Of a stretch of DNA of 64,000 nt, positions 11,679 to 23,199 are shown piece after piece. Made by a program: the position numbers and the translations under genes. The stretch comes from Azolla caroliniana (Eukaryota > Plantae > Polypodiophyta). The stretch's first letter is position 1. The number at the start of each line of letters is the position of its first letter. The stretch spans positions 16,616,001 to 16,680,000 of the forward strand of contig JBHGNT010000004.1 of NCBI GenBank assembly GCA_043228905.1, in the 5' to 3' direction. The notes beneath the pieces were generated by a model. That model was not told where the DNA came from. It ran no database searches and saw only the letters and a program-made list of their open reading frames with translations.

Positions 11679-14205
11679 ATGCCGTCAGAACATGGTCATA
11701 CATCAACAGAAAGCAAGCCTCCACCTTCAAGATGGATGGTTCTTGTGGCTTCAATTTGGATCCAAGCATTCTCTGCAAATCCATACAATTTCTACTCGCC
11801 CACATTAAAGAGAGTCTTAAACATCAACCAATTTCAGCTGAACTTGCTTGCGGTTGCAAAAGACTTTGGCGAACATGCGGGTATTCTTGCAGGAATCCTA
11901 TGCAATAAGTTGCCACCATGGGGTCTACTTTCCATAGGAGCACTTTGTGCATTTATTGGTTATGGCTCAATCTGGCTCGTGGCGAGTGCACAAATCAGCT
12001 TTTTGCCTTATGCCATGGTAAGAACCCTATATACTATATAAACTCTCTTTTTCATCATATAGAGTGAAATGTGATATGTGCTTTGGTATCAGAGAACTCT
12101 GAGAGACTATCACTACTTGTGTTCTTCTTCCTGACCTCGGCAGATGCTTATAGCGATCTGTATCGGTTCCAACAGTGCGACTTGGTTCAACACTGCTGCA
12201 CTTGTGACATGCATGAGGAACTTCTCCCATAGTAGAGGATTGATAGCTGGGTTCCTTAAAGGGTTTGTGGGTCTAAGCTCGGCGATTTATACCCTAATTT
12301 TTACATCATTTCTCTCTGAGGACCCACTTCAACTCCTTGTATGTCTTGCGATTGGACCTGCAGCAGTTTCCTTGATCTCCATGAAATTTGTGAGGCCAAT
12401 CAAATCTGAGGAGATGCGAGACGAGGAAGAGGAGCAATCAAACTTCTTCTTTGTATATCTATTGTGCATTCTCTTAGCGATTTACTTGCTTGGTGCAACT
12501 TTTGTGGAGGAATGGGTGTCCTTCCCAACAAAGTTGGTACCTAGTGTTATTGCTGGTGTTATGCTTTTGTTCCTTGTGGTACCAGCATTTGTTCCACTTC
12601 GATATTACATTGAATGGAATTTCTCAAGGCAAAGGGAGGCGCAAGCACATAGTGATTCAGCAAGGCAGCTTTTGCTAGCTTCAGGAAGAGTATCGAGGAG
12701 AAGAAGAAGAAGGAGGAGAGCAACTGAAAGAAGGCCTCGGCTTCCAGATATTGATGAAGGTGATGAAGAGGCATTTTTCCTTGCATTGGCTGAGGGAGCT
12801 GTTACAACAAAGAAAGGTCCTAGAAGAGGAGAAGATTTTAAGCTAAAGCAGGCTTTGGTGAAGGCTGATTTTTGGCTTCTTTTTCTTGCATTCTTTTGTG
12901 GTGTTGGTCCTGGCATAGTTACACATGACAACCTTGCACAGATTGGTGAGGCTCAAGATATCACTGACGTGACGACGTATGTGTCTCTCCTTAGCATTTT
13001 CAATTTTCTCGGCCGTCTCGCTGGTGGCTTTGTATCAGAGTACTATGTCAGGTTTGCATCCCGTCACTTGTTCTTCAGTAAGGCAATGCTATCAGCAAAC
13101 CCTTCAAACCTGAACTTGTAAATTCATTTTTTTAGGATCAAAGTGTTTGTTAACCGTTTATGTAATGGCCTCAAAAATAACATTAGACCTATGCCTTCAA
13201 ATGTGAACTGTAAACATTATTGTTTCTAGGAACAAAATATTAGTTAACTGATAATGTAATGTTCCCAAAGGGGAAAAAGATATGAATGCCTTCGATTACA
13301 TTTGCCTACTATGCTATGAACGTTACTTTAGAGACACTCCTAGAGTTGCAAACCTCATTGCATAACGCCGTAAACAAGGAATGTAACATTACCCATTGCT
13401 TAATGACTTATATAATGAAAGTGACATTAAACCCATTGTGTTATACTTGAATCCATGACCTCAAGGTTGTAACGCATGAAAGCATACCACAAGACACACC
13501 ATCACATTATTACATTTAATTATAATTTTGAATGGGCTTATAAAGACATTTCTGTCACATAATTCCTTAGCACCGATATCTTATTTTAATTCTTGATCTG
13601 CCATTGGTAGGACAAGGTTTTCTAATTTTGTGTGTGGTGTTCTTTGCAGAAGAAATGCTATTCCAAGGCCTGTTTGGATGGCTATAGGACAAGCCATCAA
13701 TATAATAGCAAATGTTCTCTTTGCCTTTGAAAGAGGGGGTTTTCTCACACCAGCATCTGCGATCATGGGATTTTGCTTTGGAGTACAAGTGTCAGTTATG
13801 ATCCCAACTGCATCTGAACTATTTGGACTGAAGCATTTCGGTGTCATCTACAACTTCATCAACATGAGCATCCCATTGACATCATTGTTCTTCTCGGCAC
13901 TTCTTGCAGGTTTTCTTTATGATCGAAAAGCAGGACCAGGTAATATATGCTATGGGATGCAGTGTTTTCAGCTCACATTCATCACATTGGGATGTGTTTG
14001 TGTGGTGGGAATTCTTGTTAGCTTGTTTTTGAGCTATCGAATTAGACCAGTTTATAAGACTTTGTATCCAAGTGGAGTGCATGATACTACTCTTCCACAA
14101 TCAGATATGTCATGGTCGATCCTTCCACAATCAGACCTCTCATCGTCTAGCCTTCCACAAATAGATGTCTCTTCTAGCATTGAAGATGTGCCAACTTCTT
14201 CATAG
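11679..14205 (+). CDS. Nodulin-like / NFD4-like major facilitator superfamily transporter, 600 aa; exons 11679-12017, 12144-13051, 13650-14205
   Basis: Family motifs RWMVLVASIWIQA, YSPTLK, WFNTAALVTCMRNF, GFLKGFVGLS, GEDFKLKQALVKADFWLLF, NFLGRL, PTASELFGLKHFG; both introns GT-AG with consistent phases (1803 nt total, no internal stop). Confidence 0.93.
13444..13500 (-). mobile_element. Degenerate tRNA-derived (SINE-head-like) sequence in MFS intron 2
   Basis: Minus strand ...TGTGGTATGC...GAGGTCATGGATTCAAGT resembles tRNA variable loop plus B box; similar words at 26999-27018 and 44219-44236. Confidence 0.3.
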
Positions 14206-16636
14206 TAATTTACATGTTTAGAGATATATATATATAGAGAGAGAGAGAGGGAGAAAGAAAGAAAGATTACGTCTTTTTGTATGTCAAAGAGGAAAACCAT
14301 GAAACGAAAAGAGAGCTGCCAACTAAGACAGTTAAATTCAAGATATTTAACACACTTTTTAGGAGTTTTTGTTACACTGCCATTTCAATTGGACAGGAGT
14401 GTGTTTTTACTCATTTTGAGAAACATTTTAAAGCTCGACTGTGCTTTCTCTTGCTGACATGAAACCCCATCATTGTTGTAACAATTTTGATCAGATTTTG
14501 AATCATTTTGGATTTTTTGGTTTCCAAAATTTTGAATACATATTTAGCTTCTTTTTTTCTTTCTTGTCTTGATGGATGTGTGGAAATATGAAAAAAAGCT
14601 TAGTTTGAGGTATTGGAACATATGTATCTACTGTGTTCATGGTTTCTCTAGAGTGGTTTCAAAGTATGGCTATACTTCATTGAAATTCATTGATATATAT
14701 TGGATTTGGCAAGAAATACAAGGCATGCAAAAGCAATCAACCATCATAATACAAGTCATGAAATGCAAGTAATGTGTTCAGGTGCTTTAGCAAGTAATAC
14801 TTGGACACTCTCCTAACATACAATTAATCATTCCTTATATACATGTTCTACACACACTTTTCTCTCATTTGGAATATCTCATTTGGAGCTCTTACATTAT
14901 GCACTGAAGTGTTTGATCATTGAGGATAGATAACTAGAGGCATTAAGGATGGAGAAGTAGGGTGCTAAAATTGGAATAAAACATTGCAAAGGATGACCCC
15001 TCAATGTTTGCTCAAATACAAGGTATAAAATGCCAGAATGTATCCGATGATTGTTTCTTACTATCCTCATGAACTTTGGCTCTTTGAGAGCCTTAATATT
15101 TCTTCAAACTTTCTCACTCAAGTTAGGTGTTGGGGTAGCATCATAGCATCATAACCCACAAGTATGAAGATATGCAAGGCATGCAATTAAAACCTATTGA
15201 CGATGAAAATCACTTATTGAATGCTCTTAGTGTGTAAGGTAATTCGAGAGAAGTATGATGACTTGTTAAATAGGCATGAAAAGTGTCATATTCAAATGTC
15301 TGTCATGAAGGATGAGCACACATGTGCATGCATTATTTTCACTTACAATATTTTTACTAGAGTAGTAACCCCCCTTGTAAGGAAGGAGTCACACAATAAG
15401 TCAAAATTAAACTCCTCATGGACAATAAAAAATCTATTCTATAAACTATTCCTTTCCATTGATCACATATTTGGTTCAATTGTTCCTCACTTTCTTCTAA
15501 AATGTTAGTAATTCTACCTTGCATGCTTCACTAATTGAAGTATCTCCTTTTTCTCAACGATACATATTGTTCTATTGCTTTCAACATGGTTGCTTAATAA
15601 TCCAATGATGTATCATCAAATTTTACAATATGGTTCTTCTATTCCTTAGTATTTGAATGCAAGGATTCAACAAATTCTCATCTGCAACTTGAGTCGTTGA
15701 ACAAAACACTTGTGTTCATCTTCATTGTTGATGTTTCTTTTGTAATCTAATATAACCAAAGCTATACACATGTTGAGTTTGGAATGATGGTGATGCTACA
15801 CATTAAATGTAGGAGTAATGATGACCAAGAAATTATCATAATGACATGGATGAAATTGATGGGAAAGGTAGAGAATGAGAACCTCAAAATAACCAAACCC
15901 ATATCCAACAAAACATGGAAATTGTCAACTTCAAGGGATCATAAGAACCGAAACATCAAGGCTTTATCCTAGTACTAGTTTCTTGTGAAACATCGTCACT
16001 CATCAATATGTGTATCTAGTGAGACTTGTAATCCATGATGATATATATCTACATATGATCACTCAACAATACGTATTATTGTTTTTAATGACCAAACCCA
16101 TTCTTATATCTGATATTTGTATAAAACATGCACATCACAGAAGATATTTTCAGCTTTGAAATATTGGATGGCGAACTTTATTTTTCAACTTGTACATCAT
16201 GTTGAAGGATAACTTGTGAGATGCAACAAAACCTTATATTAATGCACAAAGAAACTAGAAAAGACTGTTGATATTCCATAGTTGGGTAAACAGCTCATCA
16301 AGGAGAAAACAAAGAGCACCAAATAAGGTAAAAGAACTCAAGACATGAGAAAGCGTGTGCAGTTTTCAAAGCTAAATGTAATCCAGACAACTACACAATT
16401 TCCTGTTGTTTGTTTCGGTAGAATGTTGTTGTTGGCGAAAGACATCCACACAAAGAGGCAAGGGAAGGAGGTTGATGAAAATGCTACCAAATTATATCGG
16501 TTTATTTATCACACGAGAAATGTAGTACACATGTAAGTTGTAACTAACACATTCCATCACATCACATCAAATGATTTATTCAATCAATGTTGTTTGTTGC
16601 TTTCATTTTGCTTATCCTTTTTATATGTATATTAAT

Positions 16637-16753
16637 ATACATACATACATACATACATAAACATACATACATACATACATACCTACATACATATACATAC
16701 ATACATACATACATACATACATACATACATACATACATACATACATACATACA

Positions 16754-16785
<32 letters not shown>

Positions 16786-16822
16786 CATACATACATACAT
16801 ACATACATAACATACATACATA
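16637..16822. repeat. (TACA)n microsatellite
   Basis: Direct inspection. Confidence 0.95.
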
Positions 16823-17262
16823 ACATATATACGCTTAAAAACTGAACGTCGTATTATGAACTAAACTTTGCTCATTATGTACAGGAAAGGAAAAATGTAA
16901 TGGACACAAAATTTATAATTAAAATGAATGCAATGCTCTGATTCCCTCTCAGCGTCCCCGTTTCTGCGTCGCTCTCTTCCTCTTCACAAGGTCACTCTCT
17001 CTCTCTCTCTCTCTCTCTCTACACATAACATATATGTGTATGTAATTATTTACATGCGTATGTGCATATGTGTATGCATGCCTGCCTATGCATATATATA
17101 TATATATATATGCTTTGTCTATGTCTGTAACTATCACTTCAGGCCTTAGATTCCATGATTTGTTTGCTGTATGCAGATAACTTAATAATTGGGCTTCAAT
17201 TCTTTGCCATGTTTTATTATCTCTGTACATATGCTTCATAAATTTGTTCAATTGGTACTTGC

Positions 17263-17263
17263 T

Positions 17264-17315
<52 letters not shown>
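17263..17315. repeat. (AG)n microsatellite
   Basis: Direct inspection. Confidence 0.95.
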
Positions 17316-17317
<2 letters not shown>

Positions 17318-17351
17318 CAATGAAATGAAATAAAATTACATTGCCAAAAAT

Positions 17352-17790
17352 TACCTATGAGACCAATGCTAGATAGATGGATAGATAGATAGATATTTTA
17401 TTATTGTCCTCTGGGTCAAATATGCCCAATGGGAGCAAACTAAAACATTTTCACGTAGTATGTGTGGCACTGGCATGAAATTTCACGTAGTATGTGTGGC
17501 ACAGGCATGAAATGTATAACCGAAAATGGCAGCCTATGGGACCAAAGTTACTGATGCTATGAAAATGCAATGACCCATGGGACCAAAGTCACAACCATCA
17601 TCTGATAATTGAAGAAACAGAACAACAAAAGGTAATGTAACGTGGTAGTTAAAAATGACCTAAGAGATCAAAGTCACAACCATCATCGTAGAGGTGAAGA
17701 AATAAAGCCACAAAAGGTAATGAAATGTGATTGTTGAAAACAACCTATGATATCAAAATCACTAACATCATCTAAGAAATAAAGAAGTTA
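17352..17790 (-). mobile_element. LINE 3'-tail-like sequence with (ATCT)n tail plus tandem ~85-bp and 32-bp units
   Basis: Minus strand of 17371-17439 (CCCATTGGGCATATTTGACCCAGAGGACAATAATAAAATATCTATCT) aligns with the LINE end at 43549-43610; the TTGGTCCCATRGG motif recurs at about 17353, 17533, 17572, 17657 and 17742. Confidence 0.55.
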
Positions 17791-19016
17791 AAATAACTTC
17801 TACTACAGGCATTTCTGGACTTTAGGGACTGTGCATGTAACAAGGGAATGATTGCATTGAATTCTTTTTTGCATAACCTTCAAATGATTCATACAATATG
17901 ATGCTTGCCATAACCGAGTTTGTATCTGTGGCAATAAATAGGCTATAAGAAATGCATGGATATTGTTTTGCATAACCATAAAATTTCCAGATAATATGGT
18001 ATTCACTATGACCATAGAGATAGTTGGTAATTGGTATACTGTTAGAACGATGCAATAATATGCTCATACAGGGCACCACCGATACATATTGCATTATCTC
18101 CGCCTGCAGCCAATTTAGAAATCTATAATTATCATGCACGTGCAAAAATTTGTAGGATGTGTGAGTCATCAATAGTTAATAATTCCCAATAACATAAAAC
18201 GGTTACAAGATATCTGTCTCATCTTGTTAAAATGGCATACCAAGCATTAAACTATTGCCTAAAGTTCCATTCCCCTCCTTTTTCTATTTAATAATGTCCT
18301 GTTACAGTGATGAGAGTTCTGACAAAATCTCTTTGAAAAATCGTAGTAAAAAAGAAGTTACTCCCTTAGTGCACCATACCCAAAACGGGTTTATAAAGGT
18401 AGGTAAGTCTTTCAGTTATCAAGAAAGTGTTTGTTTTGCTGAGTGTTGTGGGTATCTATGGCAATGATACACCAATCCCAATTATATTTTAGCTATACAT
18501 GTTGACTCATGTCACAGGTTTTGGATTTTAGCAGCTACGGATTTGGGTCTTGGCCACGTTTTTCCAACGGGGCATATCCACTAGTTTCAACAGCTGTTAA
18601 ATCCTCAAACATTAATCACAAATTATGTGACTACCTTAAATTGATGGCAAAAGAGATCACGGCGTCTTAGTGTATTATGGGTTGAAACTATGCTGTTTAG
18701 CTCTATTGTTTGGCTCCTCTAATAGGCGAGAAAAGTAACGTGCGTTCTTTATCAGTCTGTATCAGCAACCAAACTTTATTGGTTTATTTTATCACAATTA
18801 GATCATAAGCCTCTTTGGATAAATTATTTATTGTCTCATTTCAAATTTATGTTGTATAATATAGATTATTATGGATTAACTAATCGATGAATGTCTTTTG
18901 TGTTAATTTGGAAAAACTGCAAGTATGTAAGTGATAGTTCCATTGGTTAGAATTTGCTTCCAACAATTTGATATATATTCCTCTTTGTGAAGCTTCACAG
19001 CTTGTGTTTGGTAGCA

Positions 19017-21190
19017 ATGACATCTGGTATGCTGGACAAGGCCCTACCGGCCACAAGACTTCTAGAGAAATGTCGTCTCATGTTCCAGGTACAAGAGGCT
19101 CTTGAGAATCAGAAGGTTGCATTTGCTAAGTAAGTTGATTGATAGTACGACCACTATAGATCAGATTGTATGTTCTTTCACACATCTTTTGTATGTGGAA
19201 ATTATCGTACATAACCACACAATTGTATTTGTCATGTCCTGTGCTTAAAGTTCTTGTTCTTGTTATGTATTAATACTCATATATAATGTAAACTTAGGCA
19301 ATACATTTTGCTAAGAATCCAGACCACTGTAAGTGATGACTTGTGCTAGACCAATGGTTTTGATCCCTCATCCTACACAATAATTGGAATATAGGTTTCA
19401 TAGATGAGGGTAAAAAGATCCTGAGAATTGTTTTTTGTAGGACTTAATTACAGTCAATGAAATGCAATGTGTTGATTTAAGAGGCAATAATTCTTTATTG
19501 CCATGTGCAGAGGTTTCTTCACCATCTTGTTTCTTATTCATGACTTACATTCTACGCACTATTGTCTGCATTTGAACCGATTGTTCATAATGGGGCTTGG
19601 ATGAAACCTTTGGGTTACCAGGATATCTAATTTTTCAAAGAAAATGTTTCTAGAAAGGATTTTGCATAAAAGTGATTTTCAATTTCAGGAAAATTAAGAA
19701 AGCAAAAAATAGTGACATTATGGATATTTTTACCACTAATGGCATTTTGACTGGAAACAGAAAAGAAGAAGAATTACAGAAACGAGAGGAGGATCTGAGG
19801 TTGAAGGATCGGGAGCTCCAAGATTCTCTTATTGGATTTTCAAAATTCTTGCAGGTATATTTTTTTTCTCATTTTGCAAAATAAACTACCATAAAGATAC
19901 TGTTGAGTCCTAACAACAGTACTTTTGTATAGGAAAATAATACTAAAAGAGTTCGAGCGGAGAAGAAGGCAGATGATGAGGCTCGAATTCGAGAAGAAAA
20001 GGTTAGAGTTGGCTGATTTGTTTTCCCACATGTATCAGCAATGGTTTATGTGTATGTGTTTCACAATCATATACAATTACTGAAGGAGCTCAGAGATGCA
20101 GGAAGTTGAAATTAGAGAACTGGAGATGAAGTTAGAAGAGCTTCAAAAAGAAAGGGCAATAGCTCAAGCTAGTCTAGAAAGGATGCTAGCTTACCAAAAG
20201 TATCTTGAAATTGTGGTCGATGTGACACCAGAATATCATGAAATTAATGATCTCCTATTGAGGTTTGTGAGTACTCTCTACAATGTTGTGCCAGTATGCT
20301 GTATACAGTTGTATAATAAAACAACGAAAGAGCTGAGAAAAGAAGTCTCAATTATGAGAAACAAAAGCTTGTGTGGTGGGAAGTCGAATCTGTCTGAGCC
20401 AACAAAACTCGGGCTTGCACATTGAAAATGATAATTACACACATACACTTCTATATAGATGTAATTTATGTGGGGCTAAAGTCTTGTATTATGTTGGAAT
20501 GGCTCCACCTTCGACACATGAAAAAGTAACCCAAATGTTTTCCACTGCATTGATAGGCATTCAACCCTGTCTTCAACAAAGGATGACCTGACGGAAAGTA
20601 TAGAGGATTATACCAAATCATTGGAGAAGCTTCGAATGGAATTGCTAGCCTATCGCAAAACTACCCACGACGAGATTCTCAACTTGGAGAATGATGTTAG
20701 CTCTGCAAAGCAAGCATATGAGAAGAAGAAGAGGGAGACTGCAGAGATGCAATTGCAGGTGGACTCAATTCTACAAGTGGCAGCATCGAAGACACTTGCT
20801 CGAGGCCAGGTAACGATATGGGAAGGTTTTCATTTTTTTTTTTTCTCTAGGGATACTAACAACCAACAAACAATGTGTGTGGGATTTTCATGTGGAGGGG
20901 ATAAGAGGTTCTAGATCAATGTAAGAATGCTGGTTTTCAATTTTGAAGGAATAATAGAAGAACGCTGGATGTTTATTCGTCGTCATTTTTTTTGTGTTGT
21001 ACGTGTGGTTGTGTAGGTGTGCATGGCAGCTGAAAATCTGTTTTCTCGGGTCTGCCAGTCTTCCATGATCAATCATCCACAGCATACCAATCCTCTTAAA
21101 CAACTTGACGTTGTGGGAGACTATATTACAGATATCGGACAAATAATAAAAGCATCTAAAGGATCGAGTTACAAAAACATGACCGTATAG
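19017..21190 (+). CDS. CCDC42: CCDC42/CFAP73-family (DUF4200) coiled-coil cilia/flagella-associated protein, 287 aa; exons 19017-19129, 19761-19854, 19933-20001, 20102-20262, 20557-20809, 21017-21190
   Basis: Spliced by hand: PATRLLEKCRLMFQVQEALENQK...ELQDSLIGFSKFLQENNTKRVRAEKKA...YQKYLEIVV...EINDLLLRHSTL...PLKQLDVVGDYITD; five GT-AG introns with consistent phases (864 nt). A further upstream exon cannot be excluded. Confidence 0.88.
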
Positions 21191-21744
21191 CCGCAAAAAA
21201 GATATAAACACGATTTTCGTTTGATTTCATGATATTTGGATTTTGATCCATAATTTTTGTTTGAATTCCTTGAAGGAGCTTACTCCAACCATGATATTTG
21301 GGCCTAGCTTGACTTGTTTCAACAATTCATAACATCCAATCATCAATTTCATTGACACTAACCTTCTAACAACTCTCTACATGTTTCCATTTGGATTTTA
21401 AAACAGTCATTAACTTAATATTGTGATTCTATGATTTCCATTCGATCTTTAATTGATGATTAAAATCTACTCATCGATATTCAATCTTCAATATTGGCTC
21501 CAGTTAAACTTTGATTTCAACTCCTATGTAAGTGGTTTGTTTACTTACATCTTTGATCAAGTAGTTCTTATACACATTTTGTTAAGACACATGTGGAGTT
21601 ATACTCTTCAAACAATTTTGTAGTGTGGTTAAATTAGGGTCAGGCATATCATTGTAATCTCCAAGTGCTAGAAAGAAATTCGAAGAATTAAGGTTTGGTT
21701 GCCTCCGACTCTTGCAAACTTTGATCTAAAAAGAAAGAAGAAGA

Positions 21745-21831
21745 TTCGGGGCCATCTGATAAAATTGGAACGATACATAGAAGATTAGCATGGCCCCTGT
21801 GCAAGGATGACACACACAAGTCAAGAATGGT
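21745..21831 (+). pseudogene. U6: U6 snRNA pseudogene
   Basis: TTCGGGGCCATCTGATAAAATTGGAACGATACATAGAAGATTAGCATGGCCCCTGTGCAAGGATGACAC matches plant U6; ACAGAGA box changed to ACATAGA, first nucleotides and 3' oligo-U missing, no USE/TATA promoter seen. Confidence 0.9.
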
Positions 21832-21871
21832 GTATGAAAGCCTCCAAAAAGTTAGATTGTTTACGTTAGGT

Positions 21872-22659
21872 TGTAAATGTGACCGGTTGTTATCCGCCTA
21901 GGAACAACAGTGCCGAGTCTTGGATAACATGATCGCGTTGTCGCGAAGTTTCACGCGTGCGTGTCGGATAGGACGGGACCACGGGGGTCTTGGATTAGGG
22001 AGTGAGAGAAGGGAAAGAAGCTTGGGAGTTTAATTGAGAAGGGAAAGATTAAGGTTAGAGCGGTTAAGATCGGAGAGATTAAGATTAGAGACAAGACAAG
22101 ACAAGTATCATCGAATGATTATATTACGAAAACACCACATGAATTACAACCATGGCAGCGTAGGCCGAATGTAAACCCTAATCGGATAGGGGAAAAGAAG
22201 AAGAAGAAGAATGAAACCCTAAAACGAGATCCTAAAACTCGAAACCCTAAAACGAAATAGGGATCATTAAAACTCTAATGGTCTCCCCAAAACAACAAGA
22301 TGACAACCCCTTCCCAAGTGACCCCTCACTCCCTTTTATAGTAATAAGGGGTGAAGCACATTACACAAAGAGAGGCCAAATATTCCCTTCCTTCAATGGG
22401 GAATATTTGCCTTGATCTTAGGAGGAGAGATTGATGGAGCCTTAACTCCCTCTCCTCTTAACCAACCACAACCTCTACTTATTACACCATACTTCCATGC
22501 ACTCCCCTTTAGTCTACATGTGCATGAGCCCCTAAGTACACATCACCTTTATACTTCATAAACTTTGTAGTGCACTTTTAACACCTTACATTCTACCCTT
22601 CCTTTTACATTTGTTACTCTATTTTACAATTCTATCAAGTGCATGTGCAATGTTGCACA
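21872..22659 (-). mobile_element. Probable LTR (Gypsy-like, minus orientation)
   Basis: Minus strand begins TGTGCAAC directly after purine-rich GAATAAAATGGGGA; CTATAAAAGG at about 22331-22342; CT-rich R/U5-like region. The left boundary is uncertain. Confidence 0.55.
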
Positions 22660-23199
22660 TCCCCATTTTATTCATCCTGCTCGGGTTTTCTCACCATGGC
22701 CGAAAATCCTCACGACAGCGTAGCAATAGTAAATCACAAAACACAAACATATTGCTTCAATCATTTAGGAAATAAGGAAATAAAGAATACAAGTTTTCTT
22801 TTATCATCCTCGAATTTTACTAGAATTTCGGATTCCACTCGAATTTTACTAGACTGATAGTCACGTAATCCACTATGTCCTTGTGTCGTCAGGTCTGCCT
22901 TTCTTTTGACTAACGTTGTTTTTTGCCCTTGTCTCGGGTTATTTTCTTGAAATCCTTGTGTTGAATATGACACATGTATGTTTTTTCAAAAACTAAATAT
23001 CTTTTTCTTCATGTTTTGAAATTGGGATTGACGGTGTTGCATCGTGTTCTTAGATTCTTCATGTTGTTTGAACTTGGAGGAGCCCCTTGGGTCCGGCATA
23101 ACTAAAACCACATATGAGGGTGTGACAAGCTAGGATAAGATGCCCTCTTAGGGTAAAATATCAGGAATTTTGTTTTCTTTGATCAACATCTGAAATGGA

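Noticed and set aside
14800-16300. Possible additional gene between the MFS and CCDC42 genes
   Set aside because: Only short ORFs without recognisable motifs or a consistent splice pattern; probably decayed repeat DNA
16580-17320. ORFs with YVCM/HTYI/SLSL repeats (similar ones at 8184-8688 and 26614-26823)
   Set aside because: Translations of microsatellites
21745-21831. Functional U6 snRNA gene
   Set aside because: ACAGAGA box mutated, 5' stem and 3' U-tract missing, no USE/TATA promoter
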